The notes beneath the pieces were generated by a model. It made no database searches. It saw only the letters and a program-made list of their open reading frames with translations, and was not told where the DNA came from. Positions 50,081 through 62,566 of a stretch of DNA of 64,000 bases are shown one piece after another. Made by a program: the position numbers and the translations under genes. This stretch comes from Minutocellus sp. GHC0000111 (lineage: Eukaryota), in the NCBI GenBank assembly GCA_977018835.1, contig OZ361260.1, forward strand, positions 3,038,001 to 3,102,000. The letters run 5' to 3'. Each line of letters begins with the position of its first letter. Within the stretch, counting starts at the first letter, position 1.

Positions 50081-51087
50081 TGACGACTCAAGGGGCGCAA
50101 GGGGCCGCCGTTTTTTCACCTCTGTCTCTGTTGCTCTCTCTCTCTCATCTCCTTATTGAAGGATTGGTTTCGGAATGATGTAATAATGATGCCACATCGA
50201 AAGAATTGCTCTTGAGTTTGAATTTGCGAGTTTCTGGACACACATGTTCTTACATGCGAGAATGGGGCGAGCACGGGTGGAAAAGAGATGTATCACGTAG
50301 GTCTGCTAAGAGGTCCTAAAGCTAAGCTAGATAGACATAGCTAGTAGAGGTTAATAGGACCTACGTAGATGAAAAATGGGCCATCGGAGATGTCGTTGGC
50401 CCATGGATCAACGGTCAGGATAGGGCACTGAGTCAGTGGTCTGATCACCGTACGTACCGTACGTATGTATACGTACGTACGTATCCCACGGTGTCAACAG
50501 ATCGCATCGGCATGCATCCAGGCTCACAGAGTTGCAAAGAAGGTAATCGTTGCAAAAGGCAACAATGATTTTCTTGGAAACGGTGAAGGCATTCATGTTG
50601 GGGTGCGAAAGGATTTCAGGCCGACTGAAAATGAATGGCATGGTTCGGATAGATGGGAAAATTGTCGCTCCTCCCCCCCCCCTCCTCCTGCTGCTGCTGC
50701 TGCTGACATCCAACCATGGATAATTAGTCCTGCGGTGCTTTTAAGTTATGTTATGTTTAAAATAATACTAGATAATTTAGATTCGAGCTATATTTGTGCT
50801 ACTACACACACATGCCGTACATGCATGTGTAGTGCTCTCTTGTCAGTTTTGATGGTTCCGGCTTTGCATGCATGTGTCCGTGTCCGGGTTGCGGGCCCAA
50901 AAATCGACATTTTTTGGTCCCGGCCCTGCGCTCGATTTCTCGCGAAACGGACTTCGTATTCGCCTTGCCTCGTGACTTTTGCAATGCCAGAGTCAAAAGA
51001 CTGGTAAGAGGTGAAGGATCGTCTCATCCGCTCCAGATCGGCCCGGGCTCATTACAATTCCAATTTAAGAGCACAGATTATAATAGA

Positions 51088-53225
51088 ATGAAGGTATCCT
51101 CATCGACTGCCAAGGCACTGGCAGCCCTCTCTCTCGGCGGTGCCGTGCTGCAGCTGTCATCCGACTCTACCTCCGGATCGTTTCTGGATATCTTCTCGAC
51201 GGTCACGACTTCACAGCGTCGTCTGGAGGTAGTTGGCAAGGGTCACTTTGAAAATCTCCCATTCGAGAGTCTTCGGGAACCCACATGGGGTGATTGGATC
51301 AAGGTCCACGATGCTGTCATACATTGGATCGATATGACGAGTTGTCCCGCCACCGACGACCCGGCCTTCCTCACGCATTGGGACAATCCTGATGACCACA
51401 AGTTGCTTGGCAGCCCGATGAGTGATGATTGTCAAATTTTCCTGCGAGAGAGGAATCCCGATCAGTTTGGCTCTCGGCTTGTTCGCCATGCCTTTCACGA
51501 TGCCGTTGGCGGTTTCGATGGATGGGTCAATCATCACGACAAGCATGAGAATGGAGCTCTTCTCGAGTCGTACTCGATGCTACGAGACCTCTACTTTGGC
51601 CACCGCGCTCCGACGATTCCTCAGATTACAGGCGAGGGAGACGTTCCCATCGATCAGCTGATTAGTTTTGCCGATTTTAATGCCTGGGCTGCCACCGCCG
51701 CCCTTTTGGATGCCAGCCGACGTGTTTATGGCAACAACAACTACAATGCTTGTGGACCTGGTATGACCCCGGGCGTTGATTGCGATGTTTTACCTCCCGT
51801 CAAGATCGAGTATGGTAGAAGTACTTACTACCCCGCTGATCCGGACGAAAATGGAAATCCAGATAATGGGCCCGTGGAGATTTTCCCGGCTAATGGCGGA
51901 GCATCTTCTGGTCAGGAATTGCCGAATATTTCAAGGAGCATTTTGGCCTAAGTGCTGAAGAAACCGTAACATTGATGGGAGTCCATACGTTTGGCGGTGG
52001 TCGTAGAGCCGACTCTGGCTACACTAGTGAGCACATGTAAAGAATTCCACTGTGCTTCTATATTTGCATAATCCTATTCATATCATGCATGTCTGGTAAA
52101 GCCTGCGATGTGAATTCTCAACACATATTTTGTAAAATCTTACTGCATTCTCTCTCGTTACTACAATTGTATTCTTTGATATATTTCACAGGCATGTGGA
52201 CCCAGTCGAAGAACAAGTTCAACAACGACTACCAGCTACAGATGCTTCACCCTATTCCAATCCATTGCGACGCTGCCACGGCCCAGGGCTTTAGCGACTG
52301 CGCTTTCCTTTCTGAAGCTGGTGCCGAGCGCAATCTCGATCTTATGCAGCAGTGCTCCGCAGGTAATGAAGGACGCTGCTTTGGTTGGGAACTTATGAAG
52401 ATCACGAACCGGAATAACATCCACGGGCCAAAATTCCAATGGCGACACTCTTGCCGCGAGGATGGTTCTGGCTGCACTCACTTGATGATGCATGCTGATG
52501 TGAGTATCGTGCTCTGGGCAGCGCTCTACATGTATATTCAAATTTCAACATACATCTTATACTTTTCGTCTATTTCTCTCATTCACGTACTCTTTCAATT
52601 TTCTTGAATCAAATACCTCTTTCTTCATCAGATGGGCCTCCTCCGCAAGCTCAATGATCCCAGCTGCTTCCCTACTGGCAATTGCCTTTGTACAGCTGAA
52701 GACGAAGCCAACAAGGTTCTCGATGTCAAGGGTGACAGATGCAAGAAGGGCCAATTACGCACATACCCTCAAAATCGTGTCGATGGTGACGGAAACACAG
52801 TGACTCCCTGCGACCCTAGCGATCCAAATCAGCGCATCCTTGCATCATGCTTCAACTTGAACGACTACGTCGATCCTGACGTCGGTGGCGATACAATGGC
52901 TCATTACCTGTCTGGAGATGCAGATGACTTTGCTACCTGGATCACTGAATTTGGGCCACTGTTCGAGATGCTTCTTAAGCATAATCTTCACGGGACGCCA
53001 ACCCTCACCGAGCTAGTTCCTCCGGCTCCCAAGCTTGCCAATGGTGAAGACTGCTCCATGTGTTTCCCTGATCCTGTCGACCAATATGCCACAGGCACTT
53101 CATTCAATGATAGCTGCGATGATTGTGAGAGTGGCGTTTGCAAGCTAGTTTACCGTCCTGCCAAGGGACTCAATGCGAAAGAATGTGTCCGTGAAGGTGC
53201 ACTCCCAGCTCGTCGTCTCCGCTAA
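51088..53225 (+). CDS. Secreted heme peroxidase (non-animal peroxidase superfamily)
   Basis: Distal RLVRHAFHDAVGGFDG, ISFADF, YGR; proximal VTLMGVHTFG reached via a 1-nt frameshift at ~51918; introns ~52027-52191 and ~52500-52631. Confidence 0.82.
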
Positions 53226-53393
53226 GCCCAATATTGCTTTCAAGAGAAGCGATAGCTTTCCATATTAGAGTTTTCATGTATGATTTTAATACATTTTACT
53301 GATTGAAGTTAGAAAGTGGTATTGATCTAGTATATCTAGAATTTATTTCAATATACTCGTGAATATATATTCCCTCGGCGTTCCATTGAAGCA

Positions 53394-54131
53394 TCAATCC
53401 TCCCCCTCAGACAATTCATCAAGAGCATCATTGCCGCCAAGCGTTCCTGCGCCTCCCATCAGGCTATCCATGCCGGGCATACCGCCAGCTCCGCCCATGC
53501 CACCCATCATCGCCTCAAGTCCGCCTCCGGCAGCCATATTCTTGTACATTTCGCCGGCCGCCTGCATAGTCTCCCTCCACTTGTCCGCATCATTGAGGAT
53601 CTCTTCAAAGCCTGGCATGCTACCCATCATTTGCTTCATCATTGGGTTCTGAAGGATCATCTGACGACTTTCCTCAAGCTTCTCCGGATCGTTCATGTAT
53701 TCATTGAACATGGGCGAATTCATCATCTCCGACATTGCCTTCATGCTTTCCTCCATCGAGGGCATCCCCTCGCCGCCTCCTGGCATGGACTTCATAAGGT
53801 CATCGAGCTGGGAAGGGTCCATGCCTGCCTGCTTCATCATGTCCTCGAGGGAAGTATTGGAGGATGGGGGAGCGTCAGCCTCAGCTCCTCCCCTGGGGAC
53901 GAGGAAGGGAGCCGCTTTTGCGCCAAAGGGAACAGTAGCTGCGCCGGCTGCCGTCTATCGACACGTACGATATTGGAATGGATGAAGAGAAAAGAACGTC
54001 AGTGAAGTTGAAGTTGAGGTGCTGCAAGAGTCACAGTACGTTACGAACTCTAGCCAGCAGCAAATATTAGAAAATAACGATACCACTCACCGCTGACGAG
54101 ACAAGAGAAAATATGATGGTAGAGCGCTTAT
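53394..54131 (-). CDS. STI1-repeat Met/Gly-rich protein
   Basis: MMNSPMFNEYMNDPEKLE..ILQNPMMKQMM; intron ~53955-54090; the start looks like [M]KRSTIIFSLVSSA with the ATG missing one base, so the 5' end is uncertain. Confidence 0.7.
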
Positions 54132-54603
54132 CAAGAGAGGAAATAAGGTAGGTCGGGAGCTCCAGATAGATGCTCGTGGGTGTGGTGTCGTGGGGGCGTG
54201 GAAGTAGAGTTCGAAAGTTCGAAAGTGTGGAGTGTGTGAACGACGTGCGACGAGGCAAACGGTCTGGCCATCATCCAACAGTCTCCAAGTGGAAGTAGAT
54301 CTACAGCTGCAGCTGTAGCTAGATCTACCGGTACCGGTAACGGGTTCATCTCGCTCTTCCCTCTGCCCACCGCCCGATCCTTGATGATCTACACCCTTGA
54401 TGCAAGATAAACATGATTTCTACATGTGGATGCAACATATATTTATATCTATCTAGACTATATAGTCGTCTAGTTGTCTTTTCTCGTTTGTCATTCGCTG
54501 TCGTTGCCGATGTGTTTTGATTGTTGAGGAACAAAAATCCCCCTCTCTCCTCTTTTTGTCATCGTTTCAATGTTCCATGTCATTATTTCTAATCCCCTTC
54601 TGT

Positions 54604-56061
54604 CTACGGATATCTATTACTAGTATTCTGTGGATTTTTGTTATCAGGAGGGGGCGCTTCGTCGCCAGTCACAAGCAGGGACGGCTCGAAGCAAGCCGTG
54701 CAACAGCTTGGGGAAGCACACTCGACGTAAAACTTGGCTGAAGGGACGAGGCAGTCGCACGTCAGAGATCCAATGAGACCATCCTGTGTGTTTCGTAGAT
54801 TACATACTTCCTGAGGCATGCTCCCGTTCATTTGATTACGGTCAAAGTTGGCGATCGCGAGCTGCGATAGGAGACCAATCTCAGTTGGAATTGTACCGGT
54901 AATTCGATTTTTCGATAGCTGTAGGAAGCGCAGCGAAGAGAGGTTGCCAATGTCACTTGAAAGGGATCCCTGCAGGAGATTATCATTCATGTCGAGCTCT
55001 ACCAGATTTTTCAGCTGGTAGATTGTAGTGGGAATGCTCCCAACAAGTAGATTGAAGTTCACATCAAATTCTTGCAGCTTGGAGATGTTTCCAATCTCCG
55101 GTGGTATTGTTCCTGCAGTTTTTCCTTCTTCAAGGTGAAGGAACAGAAGCTCCTTTAGCTCTTGGAGCTCTCTGGGAATAGTACCCTGAAGGTTATTGCT
55201 CTCTGTAGAATGGAGATAAAAGAAGAGTTAATAACGATTGTCGTATGAAGGGACTTTTCGTGTCATCGCAAGCGTATCTTTCGATTTGTTTTTACAAATC
55301 CATTTCTACTTACCGAAATCGATTCGAACCAAAGAGTCGCCAAGGTTGCGCCTACAGGCCAAGCCTCCCCATTGACATTCGCTGACGGGTGTGAGCCAGG
55401 CGTCCGTACCGCCAACATCGGGCGAGTCAACTTCTATGTTGCAATTGGCATTTGCCTTCTCGATACTTTGAGGGTCCTCCAAATCTTCGGGCGCCGAGCA
55501 CTGCAACCAACCGTCGCCGATAGAAGAATAATAGAACACAGCGGCAACATATCTCTGTACCAAAAAATCATCATCGGGGCACAGATACATGGCATCTTTA
55601 TTGACAAGCCAATCAAACGCCATGTTCTGGGGACTGCCGACCTTGTTGAGATCCTCCACCTTGGATACTTGCGATAGTGTTGCTGTAATCTGACCTCTCC
55701 TCTCTACTGCAGGCATTCCGCAGGGAAGCGTTGGGGCAGGGGTTGGGTCCGGCACCGGCACCGGCACTGGCAAAGGCGGCATGCTGTTGTCATCATCTAG
55801 TGCCTTGTTGAGGAGTTCCTGGATTTCCTCTAAATCTTCCTTGGCCTCCTTGACCCACTTGGCGATCAAATTTCCTCCACCGAACTTCGTCCTTCGCTCT
55901 ACCAACTCTTCCTCTGATACTTGCTCGGTCTGCTGTGTGGCCCGACGAAGGCGCTTCGGTCTCTCCTTGTGCTTGATTCGGTTGTCTTCGCTTACATTCT
56001 TTTGCTTGATCGCCAGGACCGTCGAGGAAAGGCCCAACAAAACAAGAGCCGATACCTTCAT
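54604..56061 (-). CDS. Secreted LRR protein
   Basis: Signal peptide, SPQNMAFDWL..D..LCP..QRY cap, DAWLTPVSECQWGG, LRRs, TCDC..CCTACF; intron ~55204-55313. Confidence 0.9.
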
Positions 56062-56631
56062 TTTCCTTGTGATAGCAAGGACGAAACGACGCTGATAAAA
56101 AGGGGGAGATTGAGCTCCGCCGACAAGGTCCTACTTTGCTTCACAAATAATTTTTGGAAGGTCCGACTCTTAGACTGCTACGATGTAAACAGCCGCTAAA
56201 TGACGCGATCTACCACCGCTGTAGGAATCCTCAATGAGTGCTTCCTAAGTAAATTGCCCTGATACCTCTCGCAGACGGGACAGTCCGGTCCAGGCAAGTA
56301 GGAAGCATGGCGGTGGAGCGCACTTGTCTTTGGGCGGGGGTTTGAGATTGAGAGGGCTATGGGTGCGAACCCAACGGTCGTAACCCTAACCCTGTTAGTT
56401 TGGCGAGTAGGTAAGCAGCACAAGATTGGTTCGAAAAACTTGCCCGCAGGTCGGACCGTTGGGCGTTGGATGACCCTCTCATTCGTTGAATTGCAGAAGG
56501 CCCAGCTGCTAGGAATTCCTATTACCTAGGCATAGCTTCTTAGCCAATAGGCTTGGGGGGTCACTAGCACAGAGCCAGTGCATCGTTTTGGTTCGACGGG
56601 AGCGATATCGCTAACCCTACCAATACTCAAC

Positions 56632-58477
56632 ATGTTGCGAAGGAGGGTAGGAAGAGAGTCGGTAGCGACGTCGGTGGCGAAAGGAAGGGCTGCGGAGGAT
56701 GAGGATGCTCGACCCGTCGTTGTCACCAATCATTTCCATGCCGTCACCTATTCCCTAATGATCTTTGTGGCATTAGTAGTTTGCTCAGGGCTACAGATCG
56801 TGGCAGCGGACAAAGCCACACCAAACAGACTGAGACGACACGACGCAAATCGACTCGATATCAGTGAAATCTTGGAATTGGGAGGATACAACGAGAGTAG
56901 ACATAATCGCCAGAGAGAACTCGGGAAGAAACGAAAGAAGGTAAATTGATCATAGTGGCACGATGGGTTGGTTGTGTAAAGATTATCGCACATGCACATG
57001 CAATCTAACCGCGTTTCGTTTTTCTCGATTTGTTCCTTGTTTCTATTCAATCCAAGAAGAAAAGCAAAACAGACAAGAGTAGCAAAGGAAAAGGAAGTGG
57101 CAAGAAAAGTAGCAAGAAGAGCAGCAAGTCGACAAAATCGACGAAGAGTACCAGCAGCAGTGGAGGCGGCAGAGAAAAAAAGGAAGAGTAGAAAATCTTC
57201 CAACAAAAGTAGCCGCAAAGAACCAGGATCGAAAACGAGAAAAGAGATGAATGACCGAGCGCAGGAACTCATGGAGGAAGAGAACGCCGTTTTCTTGGCA
57301 GCATTTGCTGATAACCGAGGAGGTATGTCAATGCCGTCAGCTCCCACACCTCGCCCGCGACCCCCACCAGTCCCTACGCCACGCCCCCCGGTTCCAACTC
57401 CTCGCCCCCCTGTTCAGGCACCTACCATCCCAACCAGATGTGGCATCAGTGCCCAGGAACGCAGGGCGGCTATTCTGGGCAAGGTGTCGAAGATATCTGA
57501 TCCAGTGGACCTTTTGACTGAAAATTCTCCCCAGAGAGATGCTCTTGATTTCATTGTGGATGAAGATCTGCTTCAGCTTTGTCCCGATGACCCCACGCTG
57601 GACCAAAGGTATATCCTGTCAGTATTTTATTATTCCACTGATGGTCAAAACTGGTCTAGATGCTCCAAGCCAAACGATATTAGCAACGCTGATCAAGTCT
57701 CCGCGGCAAATGTTCGGTGTAACATCCGAGGCGATGGAAGTCAATTGGCTGGTACTGATGCCTGGTTGACCCCAGTGAGCGATTGTCAATGGGGTGGTAT
57801 TACCTGCGACGATCCAGATTCAGTAACGAGTCTGTTCACTGGTGAGTTTCACTACGAAGTGTGTACTTGATGTTGGCACAGTACACTCCCACATTGGTCA
57901 TCACTTTCAGTGGTTCACTAACTTCTATTTTTTTCTTCGTCATTGAATCAAATTCTTAGAAAATATCAACGTGGGTGGCATCCTCCCGTTTGAGCTTCAA
58001 TCACTCGACAAGTTGGAAGTACTTCACGTGGAGGAGGGACGCACCCGCGGGACGATCCCGTCGGAATTTGGCAACATTAAAAAATTGAAGGAGTTGGATT
58101 TGAACTTCAATCAGATATCGGGTCGAATCCCTGAGAGCATCTTTAAGCTGCGAGACTTGATTGAACTTGATCTCAACGACAACAGACTCTCTGGTGAATT
58201 GGGTGAAAGCATTTTTGATATGCCCAATCTGCAATTCCTGCAATTGCAAAACAATCAAATGAGTGGGCAGCTTCCAGATACGCTTGGAAAATTGTCGAGG
58301 CTTGTCATTCTCAACGTTGACGAGAACCAATTTACGGGGGCCATGCCCCAATCAGTCTGTGAACGAAGAGATATCAATGGTGGTCGACTAGCAAGTTTGA
58401 CGGCGGACTGTCTCAATCCTCAAGACAAATTTTATGTTCAATGCGATACTCCCGATTGCTGCACCATGTGTTTCTAG
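56632..58477 (+). CDS. LRR protein with N-terminal hydrophobic segment and Lys/Ser-rich region
   Basis: SPQRDALDFIVDED..LCP..QRY, DAWLTPVSDCQWGG, LRRs, TADC..CCTMCF; introns ~56941-57056 and ~57842-57959. Confidence 0.87.
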
Positions 58478-58914
58478 ACAGGGCATTTTATCATAAGACG
58501 AAATGGTGCGTGGCGATGCTATCAATGAGACATTACCGCAATTAATTGTGTGTTACAACAGTGGAAAAAGGAAAGATAATTTTTATGATTCATAACAAAA
58601 GAAAGCAGCTTTGTTCGGTACTGAGGTACCGCAAAATCTAACAACATAACTCATAATTACTACAAGGAAAGTGTACCAGTAGTACTGGTACTGTTAGTAG
58701 ATCTACTGTACGTAGAGATCGACCACTCGCGAATTTTTTGGACATCGCTGGATGATCTGCTGCTGCTCGTTTCTTGCTGTTGCTGCTCGGCCACTGACGA
58801 TGGCCAGACCATTTTGCCTTCGCCGCGCGCGCGCGCGCACTCGCCCACAGCCGCAAAATAAGCTCTCTTGCGATTGCCTTCAGCCTCCACCACTTCAAAC
58901 CCGAAGGCCCCAAG

Positions 58915-60173
58915 ATGCGTCGCTTCCTGTCCTCTCTTGCTGTTGCGAGCACCGCCCTGCTCGTATCGACGTCCCCGGCTGTAGTATCCGCCGATGCCGG
59001 CGCGGCTGCTGCGGCTGCCACCGCAGGAATCAAGGGAACCTTGAAGAGCCTCGACTACCGCTACTTCGTTGCCGGTGGTGTTTGCGCGGCAACCTCCCAT
59101 GGCATCACATGCCCTATTGATGTCGTGAAGACCAAAATCCAGGCCCAGCCTGAGGTAAGTGCTCCGACGTGATTTTCTGATGGCATTTCCTTGGTCGTTT
59201 GATTGTCTGCTGTGCTCGCTCGGTGGGTGACCAGCCTCTAATCCATTCTCGTTTATTTCGATGACGCACATGCATGCAGGTGTACGACAAGGGTATGCTG
59301 TCTGCCACTCTCTCCATCATCAAGGACGATGGACCGACCGTGCTCCTTGGCGGTCTTGGATCAACTGTGGTTGGATATGGCATCGAGGGAGCCATGAAGT
59401 TCGGCGTCTACGAGGTTTGCAAACCCATTATGACCAAGCTTATCAAGGGAAGCAAGGGTGCTGCATACATTGCTGCCTCGGTCTTTGCCGGTGCGGTTGC
59501 CAGTATTCTCCTCTGTCCGATGGAAAGCACGCGCATACGTCAAGTGACTGACCCTGAGTATGCTGATAAGGGACTCATGACGGCGTTCCCCCAGCTTGTA
59601 AAGGAGGAAGGCTTCGGCCCAATGTTCTCTGGAATTTGGGCCATGCTCTCCAAGCAGGTGAGTATTTTGCTGGCGTTGTTATCCTCTTCATTCTTCCCAT
59701 ACCATACTGCTACATGTACTAACAAGGGGACCTCGAATTCCTTGTATAACGCCAATCTACATCAACAATATATGCTCACGGATCAAAATCAATAGGTTCC
59801 GTACACCATGGCTAAGCAGGTTTCGTTCGATGTCGTCGCTGGGTTGCTCTATGCGTTCCTTACCAAGAAGGAGGGAGTCACTGCCGATGATCTCAAGTGG
59901 ATCGTTTCTGTATCTGCCGCATTTATTGCCAGTCTGTTTGCTTGCATTTTTAGCCAGCCCGGAGATATGATCTTGACGGAGACGTTCAAGGGAAGCAGCG
60001 GAAAGGGCTTCTTCGGAATTGTCAAGGACATTAACGACAAGGGTGGTATTCCCGCCTTCTTCACCGGAACTGGTGCCCGTATTGTCCATGTCGGCATGAT
60101 TATTACCAGCCAGCTTGTCATCTATGATATCGTGAAGCAGGCCTTGGGTCTTCCCGCTACTGGAAAGCACTAG
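58915..60173 (+). CDS. Mitochondrial phosphate carrier-like SLC25 protein
   Basis: PIDVVKT, GYGIEGAMKFGVYE, CPMESTRIR, KQVPYTMAK, SQPGD; introns 59155-59279 and 59658-59795. Confidence 0.92.
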
Positions 60174-60746
60174 GATGGCAGCTTTTGGTACGATTGTATC
60201 TTTGGTGACGAACAAGTATTGCTGACTAGCGAGATCAAAACGACCGCCGCTTCTTAGAGAACACCCACCTGGCGTGTTCGTAGCTACGTAGGCCTAGCTA
60301 GATAATCCTGGCGTATGGACCAAGAACAATACAATCTAAAAGTAGATGCTTTGAAATGAAATGATAATTTTGAATTGTCTATTAATATTATTAACTTTAT
60401 TATCTTTTGTCTTCACATATAAAATAACTGAATGAAGCAGTAGTAGTAGTATCCCCGGCTAGGATGTCCAATAGGTACGTGGCCCACAAAAAATAGTAGA
60501 TTGCACTACCGTATGCCTCCGTACCAACACCCCTAGCTTCGCAAATTATGAATGGCGCCCATCTCTCGCCTGTACCAGAAACTCCTGTCCACGTCAACAA
60601 TCAACGCCACGCTAGCAAGCCCTATGATACAGATTCAAGAAGGACATGTATGTCACTCCCTCCTCTCGTATAGAGAAACAGGGACGGAATATAGCATTAT
60701 GCACTTCGAAAAACATTGAAATCAGTTCCATCTTGGCTAGCTTTCT

Positions 60747-62566
60747 TTAGAAGCATTGAGTGCAGCATGGCGTCGCGCACTCGACATAGAATGGGTCGGC
60801 AGGATCAAGGCAGTCACTCGTCAGAGTTCGCAAGTTGCCAGCTCGAAGAAGACACACCTCCTCAGGCATTGGGTCCTGCAAAAAGTTTGTGTCAAAAGTT
60901 GCAACAACTGCAAAATTGCGATAGAGAAAGTGGCAACGCGAAAGAATAGGTTAGCATACCATATCGTTTATACACCAGACATTGAATCTCAATGAATATA
61001 GCATCAACATGCAAAAGTTCATTTCGACTCACTCAATCTGTTCAAGTTGCCAACTTCAGCGGGAATGGATCCGGTGAACTGATTGCGGTGGAACTGCAAG
61101 AAAGTAAGCTTGGTCATCTTTTGTATGTCCGGACTAATCGGACCGCTGAGAGAGTTGTCATTCATGTCAAACTCCAGCAGGTTGGCCAGATTGTACATGT
61201 TGGCAGGGATAGAACCGGTGAGAGCATTGAAGTTCATATCAAGCTCGAGGAGGTTACTCAAGTTGCCCAACTCAGGTGGGATTGTACCACCGGTTCGTCC
61301 CTCTTCCATGTGGAGGAAACGAAGCTCCTGAAGCTCCTGGAGCTCTCTGGGGATAGTACCAGCCAGATTATTTTTCTCTGCAAAGTGAGCGAGTAAGAAG
61401 AGGAAGGGGACACTTTTGAGTTAGTTGCAAATGACAAATACATGTATACTAATTCGACCGAAAAATCTTCCACCAAATCTCGTAAAGCCATGCAAACCAA
61501 TCGAACAAAGACACTTACCGAACTCAATGCGCTCCATGTCGCCACTGACGGTGTCGCACGCAACGCCACCCCACTGACACTCGGAGACAGGGGTTAGCCA
61601 GGCATCGGTACCACCTTGGCCGATCTCTACCTCCAAATCGCAATTGGCATTGGCCTCACGGATGCTGTTCGGGTCGGACAGATCGTCAGGAGCCGAGCAC
61701 TCGACCCAATTCGGTCCGTCGGTGGAAAAGTAGAACACGGCCATGGTATACCTCTGAATCAGGAAGGGATCGTCGGGACAAAGGTAGAGGCTGTCCTCCT
61801 CGGTGATCCACTTCAGACTTCGACTTTGCGGAGAGAAAGGCGACACGAAATCAATGGGATTGGACACCTGGCCAAGGATATCGGCAATGGCAACGGCTCT
61901 GTCTTCTGGACTGAAGTTGCAAGTGAAGGTCGGGGCAGGAGTCGTCGGCGCCGCTGTGGTCGGCCGAGGGGTAGGTGCTGGTGTGGGGCCAGGAGTTGGT
62001 GGGGGGGTTGGACCTGGTGTGGGTGGGGGGGTTGGACCTGGCGTGGGTGGGGGGGTCGGCCCAGGAGTCGGCCCAGGAGTTGGGCGTGGTGTCGGACGAG
62101 GAGTCGGCTGAGGAGTCGGATTCGGTGTCGGACGACGCGTCGGAGGAGGAGTTGGAACAATCGACGAATCCTCGGTCAAAAAGCGATCCCAATATCCCTC
62201 GTCTTCCAATGCCATGTCATCCTCTGTCTCTATCTGATTCTTTCTGTTGAGACCTCTCTTGCTGATGATCTTCTTCGTCGTTGTAGCTCTCTTCTGACTC
62301 TTTTTCGCTGGCATTGCATTTGCAATAGCACCATTGACGGCAACTCCTTCCACCACTTTCGTCGCCGCCGTTTCCTTCAACCGCATAAGGTCAATAGCAT
62401 TTTGGTGTTGATCGATTGCTGCTGCCCCTCCGATAGACGCCCGACGTACCCTCAGCGAGCTTTTGCTATTTGTCGACGCCGCTGCCGCCGTCGAAGCTTG
62501 GACCTCAACTGAGGCTGCCGCCGCCGAGGCGGCAATTAGCCCGAGGCCGAGGGCGACCCGGCGCAT
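60747..62566 (-). CDS. Secreted LRR protein with PTP-repeat stalk
   Basis: Signal peptide, PTPGPTPP repeats, SPQSRSLKWITEED..CP..QRY, LRRs, TADC..ECATPCCTQCF; introns ~61378-61518 and ~60877-61031. Confidence 0.9.

Noticed and set aside
50307..50318. taagaggtcc resembling taagaggccc at ~7049 as an outer TIR
   Set aside because: Same orientation although the elements are inverted; only a 9/10 match
56381..56393. Two TAACCC units between divergent LRR genes
   Set aside because: Too short to distinguish from chance or a generic telo-box
61960..62160. 12/24-bp tandem repeats (also 35220-35620)
   Set aside because: They encode PTP Pro-rich stalks of LRR proteins
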